From assembly GCA_011620345.1 (NCBI GenBank), contig WOZJ01000072.1:1-47189 (forward strand): 47,189 nt of DNA. Reading direction: 5' to 3'. A model generated the notes under the pieces. The model was not told the DNA's origin. It saw only the letters and a list, made by a program, of their open reading frames with translations, and ran no database searches. The position numbers and the translations under genes are program-made. Of the stretch, positions 1 to 9,597 are shown in pieces (position 1 is the first letter of the stretch; each line of letters starts with the position of its first letter). Source of the DNA: Nitrospirota bacterium. Its GTDB lineage: Bacteria; UBA2233.

Positions 1-128
1 TCAAGATGATTGCAGGCCATTTCTACGAGATCCCCATCCTATGGACGCTTGGAGTTATCGGGGGGATCTTGGCGGCCACTACGATCGCGTCTGTCTTGTA
101 CCCCCACAGGCCGCATGAGCGGACCTAA
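1..128 (+). CDS. TerC/Alx family membrane protein, 3' end only (truncated by window)
   Basis: Frame from nt 3 reads KMIAGHFYEIPILWTLGVIGGILAATTIASVLYPHRPHERT* (TAA 126-128), resembling the C-terminal KM...hIP...LGVI..IL....ASl segment of TerC/Alx proteins. Confidence 0.65.
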   Translation, partial: KMIAGHFYEIPILWTLGVIGGILAATTIASVLYPHRPHERT

Positions 129-232
129 GTAGCATCTGGGTGGGTTGGTCTTCGGGTACAATAATTTAATTAAGGAACGGCAAATGGTTCCATCGTTTTT
201 ATGAGTAAAGAAGGAGCTGCCTTATCTTGAAC

Positions 233-907
233 ATGCAAAGTGTCGGCATTGTTGAGTACTACAAGCTAGGTGGGGTGTTCATGTACCCCATCCTGGGGCT
301 TAGCATCCTCGCACTGGCCTTTGTGCTCGAGCGGCTGTACGTGCTTGCGCGAACCAAGGCGCCGGAGCGGCTCGTGTGGGGAAGGCTGGAGGCGTTCTTG
401 GAGGGGGGCGACTTTCCCAGGGCGCTTTCATTCCTCGAGCTTTCCAAGGGGCTTTTGCCGAGAGTACTCTGGACGTACCTCGCCCATTACCGTGATGGGG
501 AAGCTAACGCGCTAGAATCGGCCGAAATCGAGGCGTCCCGGGCAGCCCAGGTGTTAGAGCGGCACTTGCGCGCGCTCCCAAACATCGCCAACCTTTCGAC
601 GACGCTAGGGCTCTTGGGGACGGTCTCGGGGCTGATCAAGGCGTTCTTCGTGATTCAGGGCCACGGGGGTCCCGTGGACCCTTCTGTGTTGGCGGGCGGC
701 ATTGCCGAGGCGATGATTACGACGTACTTTGGCCTTGTCGTCGCCATTCCGGTGTCCGCCTGCCATGGGCTCCTAGAAGGGGCGATCGAGGCCAGGATTC
801 AGGAGATAGAGCTGGCCTTGGGAAAGCTTAGAGCCTACCTGGAGGCTTCCCCGTTTTCTTCTATGGGGTCAAGCCACTCCCTTCCTCAGCCCTCCAAGGC
901 CCCTTGA
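233..907 (+). CDS. MotA/TolQ/ExbB proton channel family protein
   Basis: GGVFMYPI..LS..ALAFVLER N-terminus, LGLLGTVSGLIKAF and LAGGIAEAMITTYFGLVVAIP motifs; ATG at 233 (in-frame TTG at 227), GAAGGAG upstream. Confidence 0.9.
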   Translation: MQSVGIVEYYKLGGVFMYPILGLSILALAFVLERLYVLARTKAPERLVWGRLEAFLEGGDFPRALSFLELSKGLLPRVLWTYLAHYRDGEANALESAEIEASRAAQVLERHLRALPNIANLSTTLGLLGTVSGLIKAFFVIQGHGGPVDPSVLAGGIAEAMITTYFGLVVAIPVSACHGLLEGAIEARIQEIELALGKLRAYLEASPFSSMGSSHSLPQPSKAP

Positions 908-981
908 CAGAGTACCCAAGCGGCCGCCAGTCGAGTCTTCTTGCGTTGCCTTGCTAGCTAGGCCTTTGCTTGGGCACCGGG

Positions 982-2880
982 TCAAATCCGCTCTAGCGCA
1001 CGCTCGTTTACCTTCACCTTGTGCACTTTTTCGAAGGCCCGGACGAACCTCGCAAGAAAGCTCGCACGGAGCTCTTGCTGTGTTTGGTTCAACACGTGCT
1101 CTCTTTCTTTTTGGTAGGCTTCTTTCGGTGGCTTTAGGGTGTCCTTGAGCACCAGGAGGAAGTTTTTTCCACCAAAAGTTACGGGCTCTTCAAGAACGGG
1201 GGTCTTCCTTGAAAGCGCGAACAATTTGGGGCCAAGCCCGGGCGGTAGCTCTCCAAGCGGCTCGAGCCTGGCATCGCCCGAGCCTATTGGGTTGAGTGCG
1301 CGGTAAGCCATCCCTTCTTGACGAAGCAGGCCCTCTGGGTCTTTAGACGACGCAAGCGCCCTAGAAAGCCTCTCGATGAGGGCGCTTCGCCCTTTTTGCG
1401 CGAGCTCCTTGTGCAGGCGGTTTCGTACCTCGTCGCGGACCGCTTCGAAGGGGGGAATCAAGGAAGGCTCCACCTCTTTTCCGTAGGCGATGCAGTACCC
1501 CCTGCTCGTTGCGATCGGGCTCGTAAGCTCCTCTTGTTCGAGCATAAGCAGCCGTTTGTTAAGGTCCGGGTAGTAGCCCAACCCTTTGATCGGTTGCTCT
1601 TGCTTGGTAAGCTCGGCCTCAAAAACGCCGATACCGTGCTGGCCCCCGTACGCCCTTAGGTCTGGGCTTTTCGTGGCCTTGAGCGCCGTATAGGCTTTAT
1701 CGGACATGGATTTCGCGAGTTTATCGGCTTCGTGGCGCTTTAGGATCTCCGCAATCAGGCCTTGCACTTCTTGAAGCTTCGGCGTGCGTTCGGGAAGGAT
1801 TTTGAGCACCTTGATTAGGATAAACTGCTCGCCTACGCGGATAGGCTCCGATGTCTCGCCCTCCTTGAGTCGGAACAACGCCCTTCTTATGGACGGGTTC
1901 AAGGCCGCAGCCCGGACTTCCCCCACGTCCCCGCCTTTTTTGGCGGAGGCCTCGTCTTCGCTGAACGCCTTCGCAAGGTCTTCGAAACGCTCCCCCTTGG
2001 TGATCTTACGCCAGACCTCCTTGGCCTTGGCCTCATCCTTGACGAGAATCTGGGCGATGCGCCAACGTTTTGGCTCTTTGAATTCTTCGATATGGGCTCG
2101 GTAATAGGCTTCCACCGACTTCGGGTCGGGATGGATCTTAGGAAGGAGCAGGATCGGCTCGAAGGCCAAAATCTCTGCACGCACGCGCTTTGGCACCCTG
2201 AAGGCTTCCTTGTTCTTCAAAAAATACGCCTTCAGGCGGGTTTCGTCGAGCTGTTCCGGGGGAATGCCAGGCTCTTGAAGCTCGATTGCATAGAAGACCC
2301 TTTTGTGATGGAGTGCCTCGAAAACAGCCTGCAACGCGGGTTCCGGAAGGATGGCAAGCCCGTCTATGAGCTGTTCGACCCAGCCTGTAACGAGGTCTCG
2401 CCTAAAGGCCTCTTCGAAGCGCTCGGGGGTCATTCCTGCACTCCGGAGGGTGGCCCTGTACCTGGCAGGGTCGAATCGGCCGTCTGTTTGGAAGGCCTTG
2501 GCCTTTTGTATTTCTTGACCGAGCACCGCGTCCGGAATCTCTAGCCCCCAAAGCCTGGCCTGTTCGAGCAAGACGGCTTTGGTCTTCAGCGCCTCCACGA
2601 GGCGCTGTTTCAACCCAAAATCTTCGAGCATGGCCTTGGGGATCTGGCCGCCGTAGGCCCTTTCGAACCCTTCGAGCGTTTGATTGTACGCGACCAAGAA
2701 TTCCGAAAGGTCGATCTTGGTTTTGCCGGCCTCGATGACGGCCGTCGTCGCTTCTTTGTTCGGCCCGCCGATGTTCGGGAGGATCCCGAAGCCGATGACG
2801 AAGGTGAGCGCAATCAGCCCGAAGATAACCTTGATGCCAATCCCCGAGGCCCGTTTACGGATTTGACCTAGCAGTGCCAT
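982..2880 (-). CDS. ppiD: PpiD-type membrane-anchored peptidyl-prolyl isomerase (SurA N-terminal + parvulin domain)
   Basis: N-terminal TM, SurA_N-like region (FQTDGRFDPARY), rotamase motif QILVK...FEDLAKAFSEDEASAKKGGDVG; 632 aa. Confidence 0.85.
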   Translation of the reverse strand: MALLGQIRKRASGIGIKVIFGLIALTFVIGFGILPNIGGPNKEATTAVIEAGKTKIDLSEFLVAYNQTLEGFERAYGGQIPKAMLEDFGLKQRLVEALKTKAVLLEQARLWGLEIPDAVLGQEIQKAKAFQTDGRFDPARYRATLRSAGMTPERFEEAFRRDLVTGWVEQLIDGLAILPEPALQAVFEALHHKRVFYAIELQEPGIPPEQLDETRLKAYFLKNKEAFRVPKRVRAEILAFEPILLLPKIHPDPKSVEAYYRAHIEEFKEPKRWRIAQILVKDEAKAKEVWRKITKGERFEDLAKAFSEDEASAKKGGDVGEVRAAALNPSIRRALFRLKEGETSEPIRVGEQFILIKVLKILPERTPKLQEVQGLIAEILKRHEADKLAKSMSDKAYTALKATKSPDLRAYGGQHGIGVFEAELTKQEQPIKGLGYYPDLNKRLLMLEQEELTSPIATSRGYCIAYGKEVEPSLIPPFEAVRDEVRNRLHKELAQKGRSALIERLSRALASSKDPEGLLRQEGMAYRALNPIGSGDARLEPLGELPPGLGPKLFALSRKTPVLEEPVTFGGKNFLLVLKDTLKPPKEAYQKEREHVLNQTQQELRASFLARFVRAFEKVHKVKVNERALERI

Positions 2881-4747
2881 GCATGCCTCCTGAAAGTGGG
2901 TTTGGAACGAGGCGCAAGTAGGCCTCGATCATTGCTTTTGCTACGGGAGCGGCCGTCGTGGCTCCATGCTCGCCGTGCTCGACAAGCACGGCGACGGCAA
3001 TTTTTGGGTGTTCGTACGGGGCGAAGGCGATGAACCAGGCATGGTCCCGGTAGCGCTCGGGAAGGGCGCTTGGGCTGTAGCCCTTGAAGGTGGAGAGTTT
3101 GACCACCTGGGCTGTGCCCGTCTTTCCCGCGACACGAAGGTTAGGGATGTTTGCGCGCTTGCCCGTTCCCCTTGAGCCTTCTATGACGGCCAACAGTCCT
3201 TCCTGGACGAGCGAGAGGTTTTTTGGGCTGAGCGTAAGCTCCCTTACGGGGCGGTCGCCGGTTTGAACTTGCGCTCCGGTATCCGGATTGCGAACGGCCT
3301 TTCCGATTCGCGGCGCGATGATTCGTTGGCCGTGGGCCAGCCCTGAGGTAAACAAGGCAAGCTGTAGCGGGGTGACCGTAACGTATCCTTGGCCGATAGC
3401 GCAGGAGATCGTTTCTCCCGGGTACCACTTCACCTTGAGCACGCGCTTTTTCCAGGCCGTGCTCGGGATTGTTCCGGTCCGTTCGCCCGGCAGGTCGATC
3501 CCCGTAGCCATGCCTAACCCGAGCATTTTTGCGTACGTGGCGATCCTGTCGATCCCCACCCAGTTGCCGACGGAGTAAAAGAACACGTCGCAGGATTGCT
3601 CGAGTGCCTGGACGACGTTCAGCCCCCCATGGCCCCTCTTTCTCCAACACCGGAATGCCCTACCCCCGAACCAAAACGAGCCTCCGCAAGAAATACGGTT
3701 GTTTGGGCCGATTTTGCCGCTTTCCAACCCTGCCAGCGCGACGGCCGGCTTGAACGTGGAGCCGGGAGGGTACACCCCGGTAATGGCCTTGTTGATGAGC
3801 GGCTTTCCGGGGCCGTTCGCCAGCGATGCCCAGGTGGCGCGGTCGATGCCGACCGCAAAAAGGTTCGGATCGTAGGAAGGCTTGGAGATGAGCGCAAGCA
3901 CTTCTCCGGTGTCCGGGTCGATCGCCACGGCCGCCCCCTTGTGGGGGCCGAATGCAAGGTAGCCCGCCATCTGTGTGGGGATGTCGAGGGAGGTTGCGAG
4001 CGTGTTCCCGACGACAGGGTTTTCCTCGCCCAAAAGCGATTTGGGCTTGCCAAGGGCGTCCACCTCCAAGAGCCTTTGGCCGTTCCTGCCCCTGAGTTCG
4101 GCCTCGTAGAACGCCTCAAGTCCCGTCTTGCCGGTCATATCGCCCATTCGGTAGATTTTCTTAGAATCTTTTTCGAGCTGTTTCTTCGAAATTTCGCTGA
4201 TATAGCCCGTGATGTGGCCAAAGAGCTCCCCGTAGGGGTAGTGACGTACCGTGGCAATCTCGAGTTCGACGCCCGGCATTTCGTTCAAGTGAGCCTTGGT
4301 TTTCACGAACGTTTCCCACGAAAGGTCCCGCTCGATGATTCGAGGAAGAAAGGGAGGTTGGTGCTCGTAGCGCTCGAAGCGTTCTTCAAGCTCTTTGGGG
4401 TCTTTCTTCAGGATGGTCGCCAGCTTTTGGAGCACGTCCGCTTTGTCGCGGATATCCTCCGGGATGAGCAGCAGCCTGAATGCAGGCCTTGTGTTCGCGA
4501 TGGAAAAGCCGTTCCGGTCAAGAATCTGGCCCCGGATCGCGGGTAAAATTCGGACCTTGATCCTGTTGTTCTCGGACATCTCCCGAAAGTAGCCGCCTTG
4601 GAGTACCTGGAGCTCAAACAGGCGAAACCCTAAAAGGCCCAGCACAAGCAGAACAATGAGCATAAGGAGCCGGAAGCGCCCCTTCCAGCGGTCGGGCGGC
4701 GGCTTGGAAATCCATGTTTCAGGGGGAAGGCCTTGGGGTTCAATCAT
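2855..4747 (-). CDS. mrdA: Penicillin-binding protein 2
   Basis: RGQILDRNG dimerisation domain, SxxK (PGSTFK), SCD, KTG motifs, HAWF; follows mreD. Confidence 0.95.
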   Translation of the reverse strand: MIEPQGLPPETWISKPPPDRWKGRFRLLMLIVLLVLGLLGFRLFELQVLQGGYFREMSENNRIKVRILPAIRGQILDRNGFSIANTRPAFRLLLIPEDIRDKADVLQKLATILKKDPKELEERFERYEHQPPFLPRIIERDLSWETFVKTKAHLNEMPGVELEIATVRHYPYGELFGHITGYISEISKKQLEKDSKKIYRMGDMTGKTGLEAFYEAELRGRNGQRLLEVDALGKPKSLLGEENPVVGNTLATSLDIPTQMAGYLAFGPHKGAAVAIDPDTGEVLALISKPSYDPNLFAVGIDRATWASLANGPGKPLINKAITGVYPPGSTFKPAVALAGLESGKIGPNNRISCGGSFWFGGRAFRCWRKRGHGGLNVVQALEQSCDVFFYSVGNWVGIDRIATYAKMLGLGMATGIDLPGERTGTIPSTAWKKRVLKVKWYPGETISCAIGQGYVTVTPLQLALFTSGLAHGQRIIAPRIGKAVRNPDTGAQVQTGDRPVRELTLSPKNLSLVQEGLLAVIEGSRGTGKRANIPNLRVAGKTGTAQVVKLSTFKGYSPSALPERYRDHAWFIAFAPYEHPKIAVAVLVEHGEHGATTAAPVAKAMIEAYLRLVPNPLSGGMHGTARSNP

Positions 4748-5256
4748 CGGCGTACCAGCTTTGAAGCCTCCGTTTCCCGCACCTCTTCCAGGCTGGAAAG
4801 GAGCCAGGCCCCCAGAAGCGCTAGCAGCAAGCTCCAGGCAAGATGCACCCGAAGAACGAAAACGAGCGCGTCTTTGTTGGGGAAGCCTCCTTGACCGAAG
4901 AGCAGAAGGCCCTTGGCCACATAGCCGAGGGCTACGGCGTTTAAGCAGAGGAAAAAGCGGCCGATATGGCCTTCAATCGCAAACATCCGGCGGTGCCAGC
5001 GGGCGTAAACGTAGGCGATGAGCAGGCTTACCGAAGAAATTCCCATAGGGGACAAAGCAAGCCCGTCCTCTACGAGCCCTATAGCCACTACGCCTGCAAG
5101 GGTCGCTATGGACGGGTAACAGGTGAGCCACAAGGCTGTAAGAAAACCGAACAGGGGAACGGGGAGGGGAAGTGGTAGGAGAAAGTACATGAAGAACCTT
5201 CCGGAGGCGGCCGCGAAAGTTATTGCTGCCAATAGAAGGGCCTGTTTGAAGCTCAT
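4744..5256 (-). CDS. mreD: Rod shape-determining protein MreD
   Basis: Hydrophobic 170-aa ORF with GLVEDGL..PMG motif; ATG at 5256 overlaps the mreC stop (ATGA); lies between mreC and mrdA. Confidence 0.8.
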   Translation of the reverse strand: MSFKQALLLAAITFAAASGRFFMYFLLPLPLPVPLFGFLTALWLTCYPSIATLAGVVAIGLVEDGLALSPMGISSVSLLIAYVYARWHRRMFAIEGHIGRFFLCLNAVALGYVAKGLLLFGQGGFPNKDALVFVLRVHLAWSLLLALLGAWLLSSLEEVRETEASKLVRR

Positions 5257-6077
5257 TGCCCAAGAGACACGACGAACGCTTCTCTGAGGCCAAAGGGAGG
5301 AGAGGAGGGCTTGATAGCCGCCCTGAAGAAAAGCCCGCTTTTCTCTGTTCGGACTTCCGTGACGGTACCGATGGGCAACCCCTGCGGGAAGACCCCCTCC
5401 AGCCCCGTCGAGACGACCGCATCGCCGGGAACTATCCCGCTTTCTTTCGGAATGTACAAGAAGTTGATCAGGTCGAACCCGTTTCCCTGGACGAGGCCTT
5501 GGACGCCGTTTTTGGCCAGCGCTCCGTCGAGTGTGATTTTTTCGTTCGTAATCGGGAGGAAGCAGGCCGTAGAAGGGCTCGCGTGGACAATTCGCCCCGC
5601 AATCCCTTTGGGCGTAACCACGGCCGCACCTTCGTTTACCCCATCCTTGGTTCCCTTGGAAATCCAAAACGCCCTGCGCCAAAGCTCGACCTCGATTCCT
5701 GTGATTTGGCAGGGAATGAGGCGCAAGGGAGAGGCCTGCTGAAAGCCGAAGAGGTTCCGTAAGCGTTCGTTTTCCTCCTCAAGAACCATGAGATGGCGCA
5801 GCTGAAACTGCATGATGGCCGAAGACCGCCTAAGCTCACGGTTCTCTTTCTGTGCGCTGGCCAAAAAGACGTACGTCTTGAACCCCCGATCGAGCCGAAA
5901 GCGAACCTCGGCCAGCATCCTGGCAGCAGGGTCAAGAAGGTTCCGCATGCTATCCTTTAGCGCCTCGGGGGCCTCCCGAAGGAATCCCTTGGAGAGCTGC
6001 GACCGGGGAAGGATGTAGGCTCCGCCTATCCAGATAAGCAAGAACACCAAAGCAAGAAGGAGAACCTTCCGCATCAA
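5253..6077 (-). CDS. mreC: Rod shape-determining protein MreC
   Basis: N-terminal TM, coiled coil ENRELR/ENERLR, KGTKDGV..G.AVV..GIAGRI, STGLEGVFPQGLPIG; start TTG 6077 or ATG 6074. Confidence 0.92.
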   Translation of the reverse strand: MMRKVLLLALVFLLIWIGGAYILPRSQLSKGFLREAPEALKDSMRNLLDPAARMLAEVRFRLDRGFKTYVFLASAQKENRELRRSSAIMQFQLRHLMVLEEENERLRNLFGFQQASPLRLIPCQITGIEVELWRRAFWISKGTKDGVNEGAAVVTPKGIAGRIVHASPSTACFLPITNEKITLDGALAKNGVQGLVQGNGFDLINFLYIPKESGIVPGDAVVSTGLEGVFPQGLPIGTVTEVRTEKSGLFFRAAIKPSSPPFGLREAFVVSLGQ

Positions 6078-6128
6078 GGCACCAACGGGTCCTTTTCGCT
6101 AAAGCGGTCCAGAGGCTGAAAGGGCTCG

Positions 6129-7166
6129 TTAGGAAGCCAGCACCTTCCGGAACAATTCGATGTTATCGAGTGCCTTTCCTGCACCCAAGACGACGGTCGT
6201 CAACGCGTTCTGTGCGATTACGACGGGAAGCTGCGTTTCTTCAAAAATCACCTTGTCTAGGTTGGAAAGAAGCGCCCCTCCTCCCGTCAGAAGAATGCCT
6301 CTGTCCATGATGTCTGCCGAAAGCTCCGGGGGTGTCCGCTCGAGCGCCAACTTTATGGCAGAGACAATCTGGTAAACGGTCTCTTGAAGCGCCTCGCGGA
6401 CTTCGTCTTCGTCAATGGTCATCGTTTTGGGCAGGCCCGTCAAAAGATCCCTTCCGCGGACTTCCATCCGTTTTTTTTCGGCGGAGTTTGGATCCAGGCC
6501 GGCCGTTCCGACGGCGAACTTGATCTGTTCAGCCGTCCTGTCGCCCACAAGAAGGTTATGTTTGCGCTTCAAGTGGGCGACGATGGCTTCGTCCATCTTG
6601 TCCCCGCCCACCCGGATGGACTCGGAGACGACCACTCCGGAGATTGAAATGACGGCAACTTCCGTTGTCCCCCCTCCGATATCCACCACCATCGAACCCA
6701 CGGGCTCGGTCACGGGAAGCCCTGCGCCGATCGCCGCGGCCATCGGCTCTTCGATCAGATAGACCTCCCTCCCTCCCGCGGATTCGGCAGACTCCCGGAC
6801 GGCGCGTTTCTCTACCTCCGTAATGCAAAACGGAATCCCGACGATGATCCTTGGCCTAAGGAGCGCCTTGCGGTTGTGCGCTTTTTGAATGAAATACCGG
6901 ATCATCGCCTCGGCAACTTCAAAATCCGCAATGACGCCCTCCCTAAGAGGGCGTATCGCCGTTACGTCGCTCGGCGTCCTTCCAAGCATAAGCTTGGCCT
7001 CTCTTCCGACGGCGATCGCCTTGTTGCTCCCCCCGTGCCGCCTTACGGCGACGATCGAGGGTTCGTTGCACACAATTCCATGGCCCTTCACGTAAACAAG
7101 CGTGTTGGCCGTCCCCAAGTCGATCGCGATGTCTTTTGAAATAAGCCCCACCAAAGTTTTCAGCAA
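6129..7166 (-). CDS. mreB: Rod shape-determining protein MreB
   Basis: IDLGTANTLVY, EEPMAAAIGAGLP, DIGGGTTE, LERTPPEL, LTGGGALL; TTG start with GAGGGA RBS. Confidence 0.98.
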   Translation of the reverse strand: MLKTLVGLISKDIAIDLGTANTLVYVKGHGIVCNEPSIVAVRRHGGSNKAIAVGREAKLMLGRTPSDVTAIRPLREGVIADFEVAEAMIRYFIQKAHNRKALLRPRIIVGIPFCITEVEKRAVRESAESAGGREVYLIEEPMAAAIGAGLPVTEPVGSMVVDIGGGTTEVAVISISGVVVSESIRVGGDKMDEAIVAHLKRKHNLLVGDRTAEQIKFAVGTAGLDPNSAEKKRMEVRGRDLLTGLPKTMTIDEDEVREALQETVYQIVSAIKLALERTPPELSADIMDRGILLTGGGALLSNLDKVIFEETQLPVVIAQNALTTVVLGAGKALDNIELFRKVLAS

Positions 7167-7340
7167 GCTCGCTATCCCTCTTTGATCTTACCCCTGCATG
7201 CGGAACGTTGTGAATTGAACACTTGTCCCTGGAAAAGGGGTCATCGATAATAAAGATTAAACTATGTAAGATGTCTGGGCGTTTAGCATATCCTATTCAA
7301 GAGGAAGTGTAGCATAACTTCAAGGGGGCTTTTAAGTACT

Positions 7341-8447
7341 ATGTGGGTCGAGGACAGTGGGTCATTTAGAAAGGTTCATACGAGTTTTATTTGGGCCACC
7401 TTGCTCGTCGTTTTTTTGGGGCTGTTGGCCCTAAGTTCGGCAACGGTAAGTTCGAAGGAGTTCACCGTTTCTCCGCTGCTTCTCAAACAGCTCTTTTGGG
7501 TCTTGACCGGGTTCTTGGCTTACGGAATATGCGCGCTCGTCCCGCTTAGAACGTTTGAGGATACCTCCTACCTGCTGTACGGCTTGGGCGTAGCCCTCTT
7601 GGTCGTGGTGCTTGTCCTCGGGGATGTCACTAAAGGCTCCAGGCGGTGGATCGAGCTTGGCTTCTTTAATTTTCAGCCCTCCGAGGTGATGAAGCTTTTT
7701 GTGGTTCTTGCGCTCGCCAAATGCCTGGAGCTGCGCGATCCCGAGGAGCGGCTCGGCGTCCGAGGGCTTCTTGTGCCTTTGGCCTTGGCCCTCGCCCCAG
7801 TAGCCTTGGTTATGCTAGAGCCAGATTTAGGAACGGCTGTTTCGATCCTTTTTATCTCCGGGAGCATGGTGCTGTTCTTCGGGGTTCGCAAAAAACTGCT
7901 CGTGACTTTGATTGCGCTCGGCCTTGGCCTCATGCCTATCGGCTGGCTCGCGTTGAAGGATTACCAGCGAAGCCGTATTTTGACGTTCATTGATCCGGCA
8001 AGGGACCCTTTGGGGTCTGGGTACCACATCCTGCAATCGAAGATTGCCGTAGGGTCGGGCGGATGGGTTGGCAAGGGGTATTTTCAAGGCACCCAGTCCA
8101 AGCTTCAATTCCTTCCCGAAAAACACACCGATTTCATTTTCAGCGTGTTTGCGGAGGAATGGGGCTTTCTTGGCGCGATTGTCCTTCTTGTTGCTTACGG
8201 AATGCTACTGTACTACGGCCTTTCGATTGCACGGTCAACCAAAAGCTCGTTTTCCAGTCTCCTTGCCGTCGGGATCATCCTGGGGCTTTTCTTTCAGGTT
8301 CTTATCAACGTAGGGATGGTCATGGGGCTGATGCCCGTGGTGGGCATTCCTCTCCCGCTGATGAGCTACGGGGGTACTTCCATGATTATGACGTTGGCAA
8401 GCCTAGGCATCCTTCAGAATATTCACAGATCATCGTTTGTATTCTAA
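7341..8447 (+). CDS. rodA: Rod shape-determining protein RodA (SEDS glycosyltransferase)
   Basis: GSRRWI, FQPSE, EPDLGT, GYHILQSKIAVGSGG, FLPEKHTDFIF, GIPLPLMSYGGTS. Confidence 0.95.
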   Translation: MWVEDSGSFRKVHTSFIWATLLVVFLGLLALSSATVSSKEFTVSPLLLKQLFWVLTGFLAYGICALVPLRTFEDTSYLLYGLGVALLVVVLVLGDVTKGSRRWIELGFFNFQPSEVMKLFVVLALAKCLELRDPEERLGVRGLLVPLALALAPVALVMLEPDLGTAVSILFISGSMVLFFGVRKKLLVTLIALGLGLMPIGWLALKDYQRSRILTFIDPARDPLGSGYHILQSKIAVGSGGWVGKGYFQGTQSKLQFLPEKHTDFIFSVFAEEWGFLGAIVLLVAYGMLLYYGLSIARSTKSSFSSLLAVGIILGLFFQVLINVGMVMGLMPVVGIPLPLMSYGGTSMIMTLASLGILQNIHRSSFVF

Positions 8448-8497
8448 ACTGACGAGAACGATGCTGAAACCACTGCGCAACAACGAAGGGGTGCTCA

Positions 8498-8875
8498 ATG
8501 ACGCTTTCATTCTGGTGTGTGTTTGTCGCGAGCCTGCTGCCCTTGTTTCCGCATGCCATAAAGCTTGCCGGCAGGCTTCAGGTGGGCTTCGATAACCGAA
8601 GGCCTAGGGATTTCGAACGCTTGCCCCCTTGGGCCCAAAGGGCGGCTTGGGCGGAAACGAACGCCTTCGAGGCGCTGCCCGGCTTCATCGCGGCCGTACT
8701 CATCAGCCACCTCCTGCAGGCGGACCCCAAAACGACCGGGATGCTTGCAACGGTGTTTATCGGGGCGAGGGTGCTCCACACGATCCTTTACGTCCTTGAT
8801 CTGGCGAGCCTCAGGACGCTTGCGTGGTTTGTGGGGTTTGGGTGCGTTTTAGGGCTTTTTGGGCAGAACTTCTAG
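8498..8875 (+). CDS. MAPEG family membrane protein
   Basis: FDNRRPR, RAAWAETNAFEALPGF, ARVLHTILY, LRTLAW motifs. Confidence 0.85.
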   Translation: MTLSFWCVFVASLLPLFPHAIKLAGRLQVGFDNRRPRDFERLPPWAQRAAWAETNAFEALPGFIAAVLISHLLQADPKTTGMLATVFIGARVLHTILYVLDLASLRTLAWFVGFGCVLGLFGQNF

Positions 8876-8933
8876 GAATTACCGAACCCACCTTACCCCC
8901 GATATGCTGGACATTCGCCCCGAACAAACGCTC

Positions 8934-8959
8934 GGCGGGACAAACTTGTCCCGCCTTTT
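8934..8959 (+). terminator. Intrinsic terminator after rodA-MAPEG
   Basis: GGCGGGACA-AACT-TGTCCCGCC followed by TTTT. Confidence 0.7.
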
Positions 8960-9024
8960 CAATACCTAGCATGCCCGGGCTGGAAAGCTTTGCCGTTTTT
9001 GCTCTTTAAATCGCCCTCACTACA

Positions 9025-9555
9025 CTAGCTCGTCTTCGCCGCCTGCCCTCCCAGAAAGCGGGTCGCGAGCGCCTCGAGCGCCTCTTGAGTGTAGGGGCCG
9101 ACTAGACGCTCGCGAATGGACCCTGAAGCGTCGAGAACGAACGTTGTCGGAATCATCGTGACCATACCGAACCCCGTCAAGGAGTCTTTTCCAGGCATGC
9201 CCACTGGGTAGGAAATGCCCATCTTTTGCACAAACTCGCGGACCTTTTCGGCCGGCTTGTCGTCCAAGGATACGCCTACCACCTCCACGCCTTTTGGCTT
9301 GAACTTCCTGTAAAGCCCTTCCAAATGGGGAATTTCCTGTTTGCAGCTAGGGCACCATGTCGTGAAGAAGTTTACGAACACCACCTTGCCCCTTAGGCTG
9401 GAGAGGTTGATAGCCCCGTCCTTGTTGATCGCCTTGAAGGAGGTGTCTGGTACCTTTGATCCCTTGTCCTGCGAATTCCCCGTCTGGAAGCTGAAAGCGA
9501 GGACGCAGAGGGCGACCGCAGCAAGCGGAACGAAAAACAACAACGCTTTTTTCAT
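9025..9555 (-). CDS. TlpA/ResA-like thioredoxin-fold disulfide reductase
   Basis: Signal/TM, LRGKVVFVNFFTTWCPSCKQEIP (CxxC), cis-Pro IPTTF. Confidence 0.9.
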   Translation of the reverse strand: MKKALLFFVPLAAVALCVLAFSFQTGNSQDKGSKVPDTSFKAINKDGAINLSSLRGKVVFVNFFTTWCPSCKQEIPHLEGLYRKFKPKGVEVVGVSLDDKPAEKVREFVQKMGISYPVGMPGKDSLTGFGMVTMIPTTFVLDASGSIRERLVGPYTQEALEALATRFLGGQAAKTS

Positions 9556-9597
9556 GGTGCTCTCCGATAAAATGCTTATACAACATTGGAAGATTCT

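Noticed and set aside
3596..4546. 316-aa antisense ORF over mrdA (likewise 34545-35453 over hisA/hisF and 42828-43751 over rny)
   Set aside because: Shadow ORFs expected opposite well-conserved genes in GC-rich DNA; no recognisable motifs
5257..5682. N-terminal extension of the 312-aa ORF containing mreD
   Set aside because: Out-of-frame overlap with mreC; the ATG at 5256 coupled to the mreC stop gives a normal MreD
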